Origin: Flavobacteriaceae bacterium
GTDB lineage: Bacteria; Bacteroidota; Bacteroidia; Flavobacteriales; Flavobacteriaceae
Assembly (NCBI GenBank): GCA_947457615.1
Contig: CANGWK010000001.1
Coordinates: 79,044-143,043, forward strand
DNA: 64,000 nt
Direction: 5' to 3'
Part shown: one piece after another, positions 12,273 to 21,810 of the stretch
Layout of the letters: each line of letters starts with the position of its first letter
Numbering within the stretch: position 1 is the first letter of the stretch
Translations under genes and position numbers: made by a program
The notes under the pieces: generated by a model
The model's input: only the letters and a program-made list of their open reading frames with translations
What the model was told of the DNA's origin: nothing
The model's database searches: none

Positions 12273-12336
12273 GTAATCGATGTAAAATTAATGGTTTTAT
12301 ACTGTTAATTATAATATTATTCAAAAATTATGCCTA

Positions 12337-13359
12337 ATGCCCAACAAAGACATTTTTATTCTAGCTATTGAAAGTTCCTGTGATGACACGGCTGCCGCAG
12401 TTTTAAGAAATAACATTGTTTTATCTAATGTTGTAGCAGGCCAAAAAATACATGAAGAATATGGTGGTGTAGTGCCTGAACTAGCGTCAAGAGCCCACCA
12501 GCAAAACATCGTTCCTGTTATTGATATGGCATTAAAAAAATCAGGAATTCCATTACAAAATCTATCAGCAATTGCATTTACACAAGGCCCCGGATTGATG
12601 GGATCTTTGCTAGTTGGAACTTCCTTTGCTAAATCATTGGCATTGGCATTGAACATTCCATTGATTGCCGTGAACCACATGCACGCACATATTTTAGCTC
12701 ATTTTATTGATGAAGAAGGATTCAACAAACCAGAATTTCCTTTTTTGGCTTTAACTATATCTGGAGGACATACCCAAATTGTAAAAGTTGCTAGTTTTTT
12801 TGACATGGAAATTATTGGCGAAACTACCGATGATGCAGTTGGAGAAGCCTTTGATAAATCTGCTAAAATAATGGGACTTCCCTACCCTGGAGGTCCATTA
12901 ATTGATAAATTTGCCAAAGAGGGAAATCCTAATAAGTTTGCTTTTACAAAACCAAAAGTTCCGGGTTTGAATTTTAGTTTTTCCGGTTTAAAGACCCAAA
13001 TTTTATATTTTATTCAAAAAAACGTGGTTATTAATCCAAATTTTATCGAAGAAAATAAAGCTGACATTTGCGCTTCTATTCAATATACCATTATTGAAAT
13101 TTTAATGGATAAGTTAAAGTTAGCTGTTGCAGAAACTGGAATAAATCAAATTGCAATTGGTGGAGGAGTATCGGCTAATTCGGGAATTAGAGCAACCTTA
13201 AAAGCTGCGGAGGCAAAATATGAATGGAAAACATTTGTGCCAAAATTTGAATACACCACTGATAATGCAGCTATGATTGGAATAGTTGGTTACCAAAAAT
13301 ATTTAGAAAACAAGTTTAACGATGCTGGAGTAGTCTCTAAAGCACGAATTGAGTTTTAA
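12337..13359 (+). CDS. tsaD: tRNA N6-adenosine threonylcarbamoyltransferase TsaD
   Basis: ILAIESSCDDT, GGVVPELASRAH, VNHMHAH, SGGHT, GEAFDK, TDNAAMI. Confidence 0.98.
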   Translation: MPNKDIFILAIESSCDDTAAAVLRNNIVLSNVVAGQKIHEEYGGVVPELASRAHQQNIVPVIDMALKKSGIPLQNLSAIAFTQGPGLMGSLLVGTSFAKSLALALNIPLIAVNHMHAHILAHFIDEEGFNKPEFPFLALTISGGHTQIVKVASFFDMEIIGETTDDAVGEAFDKSAKIMGLPYPGGPLIDKFAKEGNPNKFAFTKPKVPGLNFSFSGLKTQILYFIQKNVVINPNFIEENKADICASIQYTIIEILMDKLKLAVAETGINQIAIGGGVSANSGIRATLKAAEAKYEWKTFVPKFEYTTDNAAMIGIVGYQKYLENKFNDAGVVSKARIEF

Positions 13360-13360
13360 T

Positions 13361-14065
13361 ATGCAATTATTCTATAATCCTTCCATTAGCGAATCACAAA
13401 CTTCTTTTATTTTTGATAAAGAAGAAAGCAAACATATAATTAAAGTATTACGTAAACAAGAAAGAGATATACTTCATGTTACTAATGGTTTAGGATATTT
13501 ATTTACTACTGAAATTGCATTGGCATCCGATTCTAAATGCACTGTAAACGTACTCTCTTATATCAAGCAAGATGCACCAAAATTTTACCTTCATCTTGCC
13601 GTTGCTCCAACTAAAATGAATGAGCGATACGAATGGTTTTTAGAAAAAGCAACTGAAATTGGCATTCAAGAAATTACGCCTATTATTTGTGATCATTCAG
13701 AACGAAAAATAATTAAAATAGATCGCTATCAAAAAATAATAGAATCGGCAATGAAGCAATCACTTCATTTTTATTTGCCCAAATTGAATGAACCAATACT
13801 ACTGAAAGATTTTCTGAAAAAAGATTTTAAAGGGCAAAAGTTTATTGCTCATTGTGAAGAATCCAATAAAAAATCTTTGAAATCACAAATTATCCCTAAA
13901 GAAGATGTAACTTTATTAATAGGTCCGGAAGGTGATTTCTCTATTAAAGAAATTGAAATAGCTTTGAACAATAAATATAATCCTATATCTTTGGGTGAAA
14001 CTAGATTACGAACTGAAACAGCAGCATTAGTTGCTTGCCATAGTGTTGTGTTTATAAATGACTAA
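13361..14065 (+). CDS. rsmE: 16S rRNA m3U1498 methyltransferase RsmE
   Basis: HIIKVLR, EKATEIGI, LIGPEGDFS, LGETRLRTETA. ATG at 13361 preferred over the overlapping start at 13349. Confidence 0.95.
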   Translation: MQLFYNPSISESQTSFIFDKEESKHIIKVLRKQERDILHVTNGLGYLFTTEIALASDSKCTVNVLSYIKQDAPKFYLHLAVAPTKMNERYEWFLEKATEIGIQEITPIICDHSERKIIKIDRYQKIIESAMKQSLHFYLPKLNEPILLKDFLKKDFKGQKFIAHCEESNKKSLKSQIIPKEDVTLLIGPEGDFSIKEIEIALNNKYNPISLGETRLRTETAALVACHSVVFIND

Positions 14066-14067
14066 TT

Positions 14068-15255
14068 ATGAATAAACTATTTTTTTATTTTATATTTGCT
14101 TTTGTCGTAAACACTTCTTTATTTGCTCAAAAACAAAACTTATTTTTAGATGCCAATTACGAAAGTACTATAGCCGAATCTAAAAGAGAAAATAAACCTG
14201 TAGCCATAATGTTCTATGCTAATTGGTGTTCGCATTGCAAAAAAATGAAAGAGGAGGTCTTTGTTGACGCCGATGTAATAAAATTCTATAGCGAATCTTA
14301 TATTTGCTTTGCAGTAGATGCGGAATCAATTACTGGAGCTGCTTTAAAAAATAAACTTCAAACAAAGTTTCTTGTAAAATCGTATCCCACTTTTGCCTTT
14401 ATTGATAAAAATGAAAATTTATTGTCCTGCGTTTCAGGTGAATTAAAAAAAGAGGCCTTTATATTAGAAGGTACTAAAGCATTAATTCCTGAAAATCAAT
14501 TTGTTTTTTTGCGAGATAAATTCAATTCTGATGTTTCAAATCCAGAAAATTGTTTGCGATTTATAATTGCAACCAGAAAAGCTGGATTTGATGCTACTGA
14601 AATTACTCAGAAATATCTAAAAACAAAAAGTGAATCGGAATTATTTACCGAATTAAATTGGAAAATTATAGCTAACGGAATTAATAATATTGACGCAAAA
14701 GAGGTTTCTTTAATTGTTACTAAGAAAGAAGAATTTGCCAAGGCAGCTTCTCTTATTAGGGTTGAAAAAAAATTAATTTTTTTAGCTGCCGATAATTTAA
14801 AGCCATTAGCCGATACAGGTGACACATTGCATTACAATAAAAAAAGGCCTATAGCAGCCTCCTTTCAAATTCGAAAAGTTGATTCTTTACTATTTCATTA
14901 CGATTTGACTATTGATTCGTATTCTCAAAATTGGAAGCATTATAAAAAAACGGCAGAATATTCAGTAGATAAATTTGCATGGAAAGATTCTACTACTTTG
15001 GTAGAAATTGCCAATAATTATTTAGCATATATTGAAGATAAAAAAAGTTTAGATCATGCAGTTTCTTTGGCTAAACAAGCATTAACTTTAGGAGAATCTT
15101 TAGATAAATATATTTTGATTGTAAATTTATACAATAAAGAAAAAGAATACAATAACGCCTTAATCTATGCTAATAAGGGCAAAGCTGTTGCTACAAATTT
15201 TGGATGGAAAACAGAAAAATTAGATAAATTACTAGAAGATTTAAAAAAATATTAA
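14068..15255 (+). CDS. Exported thioredoxin-fold protein with helical (TPR-like) C-terminus
   Basis: Signal peptide, FYANWCSHCKKM, YPTFAF; helical C-terminal region. Confidence 0.7.
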   Translation: MNKLFFYFIFAFVVNTSLFAQKQNLFLDANYESTIAESKRENKPVAIMFYANWCSHCKKMKEEVFVDADVIKFYSESYICFAVDAESITGAALKNKLQTKFLVKSYPTFAFIDKNENLLSCVSGELKKEAFILEGTKALIPENQFVFLRDKFNSDVSNPENCLRFIIATRKAGFDATEITQKYLKTKSESELFTELNWKIIANGINNIDAKEVSLIVTKKEEFAKAASLIRVEKKLIFLAADNLKPLADTGDTLHYNKKRPIAASFQIRKVDSLLFHYDLTIDSYSQNWKHYKKTAEYSVDKFAWKDSTTLVEIANNYLAYIEDKKSLDHAVSLAKQALTLGESLDKYILIVNLYNKEKEYNNALIYANKGKAVATNFGWKTEKLDKLLEDLKKY

Positions 15256-15259
15256 CTTC

Positions 15260-15901
15260 ATGAAAATTAAATTAGTTGCACTCTTTTTATTTACTTCCGT
15301 TTTAGGTTTTTCGCAAGAAATTGCCTTGTTAAAATACAACGGCGGCGGCGATTGGTATGCCAATCCTACTTCATTGCCAAATTTGATAAAATTTGCCAAT
15401 CAAAATATTAATACTACCATAAAAAATAAGCCTGCAACGGTAGAACCTGGCAGTCCAGATGTTTTCTCTTATCCTTTTATTCATGCAACAGGGCACGGAA
15501 ACATACTTTTTAGCGATAATGAAATACTAAATTTAAGAAACTATATGCTTTCTGGTGGATTTATGCATTTTGATGATAATTATGGTTTAGACGAGTATCT
15601 GAGAAAAGAAATTAAAAGAATATTTCCTAATTCTAATTTAGTTGAAATTCCAGCAACACATCCAATTTTTCAGAAACCTTTTGCTTTTCCTGGAGGATTA
15701 CCTAAAATTCACGAACACGATGGTAAAAGACCCCAAGCATTTGGAATATTTCAGGACAATCGATTGTTGTTATTGTATACCTTTGAATGTGATTTGGGCG
15801 ATGGATGGGAAGATGCCGACGTGCACAACGACCCTAAAGAAGTTCGCGAAAAAGCTTTAAAAATGGGAGCTAATATATTAAATTACATATTTAACAACTA
15901 A
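15260..15901 (+). CDS. DUF4159-like exported protein
   Basis: Signal peptide; GGGDWYANPTSL, YPFIHATGHG, GGFMHFDDNYG, DLGDGWED. Confidence 0.75.
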   Translation: MKIKLVALFLFTSVLGFSQEIALLKYNGGGDWYANPTSLPNLIKFANQNINTTIKNKPATVEPGSPDVFSYPFIHATGHGNILFSDNEILNLRNYMLSGGFMHFDDNYGLDEYLRKEIKRIFPNSNLVEIPATHPIFQKPFAFPGGLPKIHEHDGKRPQAFGIFQDNRLLLLYTFECDLGDGWEDADVHNDPKEVREKALKMGANILNYIFNN

Positions 15902-15905
15902 GAAA

Positions 15906-16994
15906 ATGACTTCTAAAACCATTGCAGCAGGTATACTTCGTGCTATTGGAATAGTGACTCTGATAAGCTTGCTGCTGTGTTTTATTTATCAAATACAAAC
16001 GGTTATTGTTTATCTAATGGTTGCTGTAATTATTTCCCTAATTGCAAACCCAATTGTAGAGCTTTTAAGCAAGAAATTAAAGTTTCCAAATGCACTTGCA
16101 GTGGGTTTTACTTTGTTCCTATTCCTTTCATTATTAATTGGTTTAATTGCTTTATTTGTTCCGTTAATTACATCTCAAGGCAATAATTTATCGTTATTAG
16201 ATACCAAGTCTATTGAAGCTAATTTAATACAATTGTATGGACAATTAGAGTCCTACTTAAGTAAACATAATATAGATATTAACAAAGTTATCAAAGAAAG
16301 TAATTTAACATCTAAACTTAAATTTAATTATTTAACCGACTTTTTAAATTCTGTAATTGGCACAATTAGTAGTTTTGGAATAGGATTAGTATCCGTATTT
16401 TTTATAAGTTTTTATCTTTTACTTGACAAAGAGCTTTTTATTATCGGAGTAAAAAAAATTATTCCAGATACTAGTGAAGATCATGTTTTAAATTCAATTG
16501 TTAAAATCCGACATTTATTAAGTCGCTATTTAATAGGACTGTTAATTCAGTTAACTGTAGTATGTGTTTTATATCTAATTGTTTTACTTGTTTTTGGTAT
16601 AGATAATGCCTTTGTAATTGCATTTTTATGTGCTATACTAAACATCATACCATACATAGGTCCGTTTATAGCAACTATATTATCTGCAATTCTAACCATG
16701 TTAACTACCATTAATCAAGATTTTCAAACAGTAACATTACCTACAACAATTTATGTCACTATTGGATTTTTTATTGTTCAACTTATTGATAATAATGTTA
16801 CTTCACCGTTTATTTTTTCAAAAAGCGTAAATTCACATCCATTAGAAATATTTTTAGTGATATTGATAATTGGAACCTTATTCGGAATAACTGGAATGAT
16901 AATCGCTATTCCTATGTACACCATTTTAAAGGTAATTGCTAAAGAATTTATTCCGGAAAATAAGTTGGTTAAAATTCTAACTAAGAATATATAA
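15906..16994 (+). CDS. AI-2E family transporter
   Basis: Multi-TM; NIIPYIGP, QLIDNN..P, SVNSHPL, GMIIAIP. Confidence 0.88.
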   Translation: MTSKTIAAGILRAIGIVTLISLLLCFIYQIQTVIVYLMVAVIISLIANPIVELLSKKLKFPNALAVGFTLFLFLSLLIGLIALFVPLITSQGNNLSLLDTKSIEANLIQLYGQLESYLSKHNIDINKVIKESNLTSKLKFNYLTDFLNSVIGTISSFGIGLVSVFFISFYLLLDKELFIIGVKKIIPDTSEDHVLNSIVKIRHLLSRYLIGLLIQLTVVCVLYLIVLLVFGIDNAFVIAFLCAILNIIPYIGPFIATILSAILTMLTTINQDFQTVTLPTTIYVTIGFFIVQLIDNNVTSPFIFSKSVNSHPLEIFLVILIIGTLFGITGMIIAIPMYTILKVIAKEFIPENKLVKILTKNI

Positions 16995-17009
16995 TAGGGA
17001 CAGAAATTA

Positions 17010-18197
17010 ATGGAAAACCTAGTGTTACTTCGACCAGAAATACAGGAGTATATTCATCAAAATACAGGCCAAGTCGATTCTAAAATTGCCTTTACTAAAA
17101 ATCCTTTTCCGGAAGTTGATTTTAAAATTATATTAAATCAAATTGCAGCACGAACTAAAAGTAAAAATAAATTACCAACTTGGTTTGAATGCAAAAACTG
17201 TATTTATCCCAGTAAAATATCTGTAGAACAAACTTCTTCCGAAGCTACTGCCCAATATAAATCGAAAATAGTAAATGGTACTTGCTTAATAGATTTATCG
17301 GGAGGTTTTGGAGTTGATGATTACTACTTTTCAAAAAAGATGAAGCATGTTATTCATTGTGAAATTGATTCTGAATTATCTTATATAGTTCGTCATAATT
17401 TTCAGCAGTTGGAAAGGAATAATATTCAATGTATAGTAGGAGATAGCGCTGTTACATTAGAAAATTTGAATCAAAAATTCGATTGGATTTATGTAGATCC
17501 TTCTAGGAGAAACGAAACGAAAGGTAAAGTCTTTATGCTCAAAGATTGTTTGCCAAATGTTCCCGATTTACAAGAATTTTATTACCAATTTACTTCTAAA
17601 ATCCTCATTAAAACAGCACCTTTACTAGATATTACAGCGGGATTAACCGAATTAAAAAATGTAAAAGCTATTCATATTGTTGCAGTAGAAAATGAAGTAA
17701 AAGAATTACTGTGGGAATTACACAAAAACTATACGGATTCCATTATAATAAGCGCTGTAAATTTTAATAAAAATAATAGAGATATTTTTCAATTTATCTG
17801 GGATTCGCATTGTGAGATTAATTTAGGTTTGCCTAAAAAATATCTTTATGAGCCCAACAGTGCCATATTAAAATCAGGCGGATTTAGTGAGGTTGCCTCC
17901 AAATTTTCTTTAGATAAATTGCATTCTCATTCGCACTTATATACTTCGGATAATCTAATAGAATTTCCGGGGAGAGTTTTTGAAATAAATACTGTATTTC
18001 CTTATTCTAAAAAAGAAATGGCATTACATTTAGAAAATGAAAAAATAAATATTACAATACGAAATTTTCCAGATACGGTAGAAAACCTTAGAAAAAAGTG
18101 GAAAATAAAAGACGGTGGAAACAAGTATTGTTTTTTTACAACTGACTTAAACAACAATAAAATTGTGTTAATTTGCACCAAAATAATTACCCCATGA
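17010..18197 (+). CDS. Class I SAM-dependent methyltransferase with THUMP-like C-terminal domain
   Basis: IDLSGGFGVD, YVDPSRR, YLYEPNSAILKSG, FPGRVF. Confidence 0.8.
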   Translation: MENLVLLRPEIQEYIHQNTGQVDSKIAFTKNPFPEVDFKIILNQIAARTKSKNKLPTWFECKNCIYPSKISVEQTSSEATAQYKSKIVNGTCLIDLSGGFGVDDYYFSKKMKHVIHCEIDSELSYIVRHNFQQLERNNIQCIVGDSAVTLENLNQKFDWIYVDPSRRNETKGKVFMLKDCLPNVPDLQEFYYQFTSKILIKTAPLLDITAGLTELKNVKAIHIVAVENEVKELLWELHKNYTDSIIISAVNFNKNNRDIFQFIWDSHCEINLGLPKKYLYEPNSAILKSGGFSEVASKFSLDKLHSHSHLYTSDNLIEFPGRVFEINTVFPYSKKEMALHLENEKINITIRNFPDTVENLRKKWKIKDGGNKYCFFTTDLNNNKIVLICTKIITP

Positions 18198-18757
18198 AAA
18201 AGTACTTCTTAGTTTTATTATACTTAGTTTCAATTGCCACTTTCGCTCAAAAAGACTGCGAATACAGTTCTAATGTTAAAGATAGCATTGGAACTTACAA
18301 ATCTACCAAAGATTATGTGGTACATGAAAAAGTTTTTGGAAACAGCCAAACATCTTTATTTTTTTCATTAATAAATGCAGATGGATTAGTATCGTTAAAT
18401 TTTCAAATGGTACAAAAAAGTGCTGACTTTATTCCGGCTAAATGTTTTGATAAAAACTCCAAAATATTCATACAATTAACAAACGGAAAAGTTATTTCAT
18501 TAACAGGCTTAGAACAAGATAGTTGTGGAAATTTAGTAAGAGTAGAAAATAAAAATTGCCGATTACTAAGTGGCTATTTTCTATTCACGAAAGACACTTT
18601 ACAAGATTTAAAAAACTACCCTATTTCCTTTTTCAGAGTAAAATTTGCAGGAGAAACAACTGATTATATTGCCAAAGAAATATTAGTATCAGAAATAGAT
18701 AAAAAAACTTACAATCCGGATCATTTCTTTATGGATTATTTAAAGTGTGTTGAATAG
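18194..18757 (+). CDS. Hypothetical exported protein
   Basis: Signal peptide MKKYFLVLLYLVSIATFA; ATGA overlap with the upstream stop. Confidence 0.7.
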   Translation: MKKYFLVLLYLVSIATFAQKDCEYSSNVKDSIGTYKSTKDYVVHEKVFGNSQTSLFFSLINADGLVSLNFQMVQKSADFIPAKCFDKNSKIFIQLTNGKVISLTGLEQDSCGNLVRVENKNCRLLSGYFLFTKDTLQDLKNYPISFFRVKFAGETTDYIAKEILVSEIDKKTYNPDHFFMDYLKCVE

Positions 18758-18802
18758 TTAATTTTAGGTGTAACTTCAATAATACAATTATAGAAATACG
18801 AC

Positions 18803-20230
18803 TTAGTTTTCCATAAAACTATCGTCTTTAAAACCAATTAAATACAACCTGTCTTTGGCTCTAGTCATAGCAGTATATAGCCATCGTATGTAATCTCTAT
18901 CAATACCATCTGGCAAATAAGGTTGTTCTATAAAAACGGTATTCCATTGCCCACCTTGGCTTTTATGACAAGTAATAGCATAAGAGAATTTTACCTGCAA
19001 ACCATTAAAAAATTCATTTTCTTTAACCTTTTGGAACTTGGCATATTTAGAAGTCAAATGTTCGTAATCTTTCATTACCTCAGAATACAAACTATTGGAT
19101 TGTTCATAAGTTAAGGAGGGAGATTCACTTTTTATTGTATCTAATATCAAAACTGTTTCAAATGGAATTTGATTTGGATAATCAACCATTCGGATTTTAA
19201 CTTTTGCAAAATTAAATCCGTAAAATTCTTTGAAACTATAAATTTCTAAAACTTCAATTATATCACCATTAGCAATAAAGCCAGCTTCATCTTTTTCTTT
19301 TAACCAAAAGTAGTTATTCTTAACAACCATTAAAAAATCACCAACAGATAAATCGCTTTCTTTATCTAGAATTTTCATTCTGATTTGCTCATTGTATTGG
19401 TTTGCTCTTTTATTAGAACGCACAATAAAAGCAGTATCCTCTATTGAATAATTACTGTAGGCTTGGTTTATGGCATCCTGAATATCATAACCATCCGTTA
19501 GACGAACAATATCTTTGAAGCCTCTTAATTTGAATTTGAACTCGGTAATAAAAGTATCTTTTAGTAATTCGCGTAATTCGGTTGCGTTATATAAAATTCC
19601 GGAGTTTAATTCCTGACGCATTACTTCGTCTAGTTCAATCCAATCTACTCGTTTATCGTAGTTAAGTTCGAGGGTATCGGTATTTAACGCTGGTGAAATA
19701 TCTAAACTAATTGGCGGTAATTGAGCTGTATCTCCTAATAATATCATTTTGCAATTCTCGCCACTATAAACGTATGAAATCAAATCATCTAGTAAACTTC
19801 CGTTTTCATACATCTTACTTTCGTTACTTTGATCCGAAATCATAGATGCCTCATCAATAATAAAAATAGTATTTTTATGTTTGTTTTGCTGCATTGTAAA
19901 AGAAACTCCTCCTCCACTCGACTTCTTAGGGAAATAAATTTTCTTGTGAATTGTAAATGCAGGCTTACTAGAATAATTGGCTATCACTTTGGCAGCTCTA
20001 CCTGTTGGTGCAAGCAGCACATATTTTTTATTAATTTCAATTAGATTGTTTACAATTGTAGAAATAACGGTAGTTTTTCCTGTTCCTGCGTAACCTTTTA
20101 AAACAAAAATTGTTTCGTTGTTGGTATCCGTTAAGAATACAGCAATTTTCTGAAAGAAGGAATCCTGCTTAATTGTAGGATTAAACGGGAAGTTTTGGGA
20201 TAAAATGTAATAGAAGTTTTTGATGCTCAC
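18803..20230 (-). CDS. RecD-like ATP-dependent DNA helicase (SF1B)
   Basis: GYAGTGKT, LAPTGRAAK, IIDEASM, LGDTAQLPP, YAITCHKSQG, YTAMTRA. Confidence 0.9.
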   Translation of the reverse strand: MSIKNFYYILSQNFPFNPTIKQDSFFQKIAVFLTDTNNETIFVLKGYAGTGKTTVISTIVNNLIEINKKYVLLAPTGRAAKVIANYSSKPAFTIHKKIYFPKKSSGGGVSFTMQQNKHKNTIFIIDEASMISDQSNESKMYENGSLLDDLISYVYSGENCKMILLGDTAQLPPISLDISPALNTDTLELNYDKRVDWIELDEVMRQELNSGILYNATELRELLKDTFITEFKFKLRGFKDIVRLTDGYDIQDAINQAYSNYSIEDTAFIVRSNKRANQYNEQIRMKILDKESDLSVGDFLMVVKNNYFWLKEKDEAGFIANGDIIEVLEIYSFKEFYGFNFAKVKIRMVDYPNQIPFETVLILDTIKSESPSLTYEQSNSLYSEVMKDYEHLTSKYAKFQKVKENEFFNGLQVKFSYAITCHKSQGGQWNTVFIEQPYLPDGIDRDYIRWLYTAMTRAKDRLYLIGFKDDSFMEN

Positions 20231-20348
20231 TAATAAGTTAATTGAATCACAAAGTAATGAAAAAGTTTAATGAAACTATGAATTTAATGGCTAAACTTGT
20301 TAATTAGGATGTTCCTTTGCTATAGATAATCGAAATTAAATAAAAATA

Positions 20349-20380
20349 AAAAGTCTTTTCAAATAAATGAAAAGACTTTT
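20349..20380. terminator. Terminator downstream of tRNA-Pro
   Basis: AAAAGTCTTTTC-N8-GAAAAGACTTTT, a perfect 12-bp stem abutting the tRNA 3' end. Confidence 0.8.
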
Positions 20381-20381
20381 G

Positions 20382-20456
20382 TCGGGGTGGCAGGATTCGA
20401 ACCTGCGGCCTCCTGCTCCCAAAGCAGGCGCGATAACCGGGCTACGCTACACCCCG
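20382..20456 (-). tRNA. tRNA-Pro (TGG)
   Basis: Minus strand CGGGGTGTAGCGTAGCCCGGTTATCGCGCCTGCTTTGGGAGCAGGAGGCCGCAGGTTCGAATCCTGCCACCCCGA: acceptor stem, TGG anticodon, GTTCGAATC T-loop; CCA not encoded. Confidence 0.97.
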
Positions 20457-20466
20457 TTAGCGATTG

Positions 20467-20474
20467 CAAATATA
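20467..20474 (-). promoter_or_regulatory. -7 promoter element for tRNA-Pro
   Basis: TATATTTG on the minus strand, about 10 nt upstream of the tRNA. Confidence 0.65.
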
Positions 20475-20575
20475 AAAACAAAAATCGGTTAAAAAAGTGT
20501 TTTCTACTATTAATTCTATTTATTTAATATAGATAATTCTAATAGGTTTTTTGGGAATATATTTTAATAAAAACT

Positions 20576-20583
20576 TACATTTG
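20576..20583 (+). promoter_or_regulatory. -7 promoter element for trxB
   Basis: TACATTTG about 21 nt before the ATG at 20605. Confidence 0.6.
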
Positions 20584-20604
20584 CATTTACTAAAAAATCA
20601 TGTT

Positions 20605-21552
20605 ATGTCTGAAACAATTGAAAAAATAAAATGTCTTATTATAGGTTCCGGTCCTGCTGGTTATACAGCTGCAATATATGCTTCTAGAGCCAATATGTAT
20701 CCGGTTTTGTACCAAGGAACACAACCTGGCGGACAATTAACAACAACCAATGAAGTAGAAAACTGGCCTGGAAACCCTGAAGGAATTACTGGACCTGAAA
20801 TGATGGTTAATTTACAGCTACAAGCACAACGCTTTGGCACCGATGTTCGAGATGGCTGGGCCACAAAAGTAGATTTTTCTGGTCCTATTCATAAAGTATG
20901 GATTAACGATACTAAAGAATTGCACTGCGAAACTGTAATTATTTCTACAGGAGCTTCTGCTAAATATTTAGGATTAGACTCGGAACAGCATTATTTAAAA
21001 ACAGGTGGTGGTGTTTCAGCATGTGCTGTTTGCGATGGTTTTTTCTACAGAAATCAAGAAGTCGTTATTGTTGGAGCTGGAGATTCGGCTTGTGAAGAAG
21101 CACATTACTTATCTAAGCTTTGTAAAAAAGTTACTATGCTAGTTAGAAGTGAGCAATTCAGAGCTTCTAAAATCATGGCAGAACGCGTAAGAAAAACCGA
21201 AAATATTGAAATTTTACTTAATACTGAAACAGATGAAGTATTGGGAGACGGACAAGTTGTTACTGCTGTTCGTGTAAAAAATAGAACCACGGGAGAAACT
21301 AACGAAATTCCCGCAACTGGATTTTTTGTGGCAATTGGACATAAGCCAAATACAGATATTTTTAAAGAATTTTTAACTCTTGATGAAACTGGCTATATTT
21401 TAACCATTCCTGGTACTGCAAAAACTAAAGTTGCTGGTGTGTTTGTGGGAGGCGACGCTGCAGATCATGTTTATCGCCAAGCGATTACTGCTGCTGGAAC
21501 TGGTTGCATGGCCGCTTTGGATGCAGAACGTTACTTAGCAAGCAAAGAGTAA
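20605..21552 (+). CDS. trxB: Thioredoxin-disulfide reductase
   Basis: IIGSGPAGYTAA, GGQL, SACAVCDG, VGAGDSACEE, GDAAD..YRQAITAAG. The ATG at 20605 fits the upstream promoter. Confidence 0.97.
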   Translation: MSETIEKIKCLIIGSGPAGYTAAIYASRANMYPVLYQGTQPGGQLTTTNEVENWPGNPEGITGPEMMVNLQLQAQRFGTDVRDGWATKVDFSGPIHKVWINDTKELHCETVIISTGASAKYLGLDSEQHYLKTGGGVSACAVCDGFFYRNQEVVIVGAGDSACEEAHYLSKLCKKVTMLVRSEQFRASKIMAERVRKTENIEILLNTETDEVLGDGQVVTAVRVKNRTTGETNEIPATGFFVAIGHKPNTDIFKEFLTLDETGYILTIPGTAKTKVAGVFVGGDAADHVYRQAITAAGTGCMAALDAERYLASKE

Positions 21553-21574
21553 GTTATTATTATTTTAAATATTC

Positions 21575-21612
21575 AAATCCTTTAAAAGAAATTACTTTTA
21601 AAGGATTTTTTT
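21575..21612 (+). terminator. Terminator after trxB
   Basis: AAATCCTTTAAAAG-N6-CTTTTAAAGGATTT followed by a T-run. Confidence 0.8.
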
Positions 21613-21746
21613 TTCATTAAAATCTATTTTTTAGGTCCAATAATGGATTGTTTTATATAAAAAACACCAGCCAAAAAACAAATTTATCAGATAGAAATAG
21701 TAAAGTAAAATCCTGAGTTAGACTTCAAAAAGATAACATCTAAAAA

Positions 21747-21754
21747 TAAATTTG
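21747..21754 (+). promoter_or_regulatory. Candidate -7 element for the YHYH operon
   Basis: TAAATTTG about 56 nt before the ATG; no clear -33 TTTG. Confidence 0.4.
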
Positions 21755-21810
21755 TAAATTGTACAAGAAATTTATAGTAATAGCATCTAAAAATTTAAAA
21801 GAAATAAATT

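Noticed and set aside
12321-12680. 119-aa minus-strand ORF
   Set aside because: Antisense shadow of tsaD.
20382-20456. tRNA-Pro as an island integration site
   Set aside because: No integrase, no duplicated tRNA 3' end noticed, and core-type genes on both sides.
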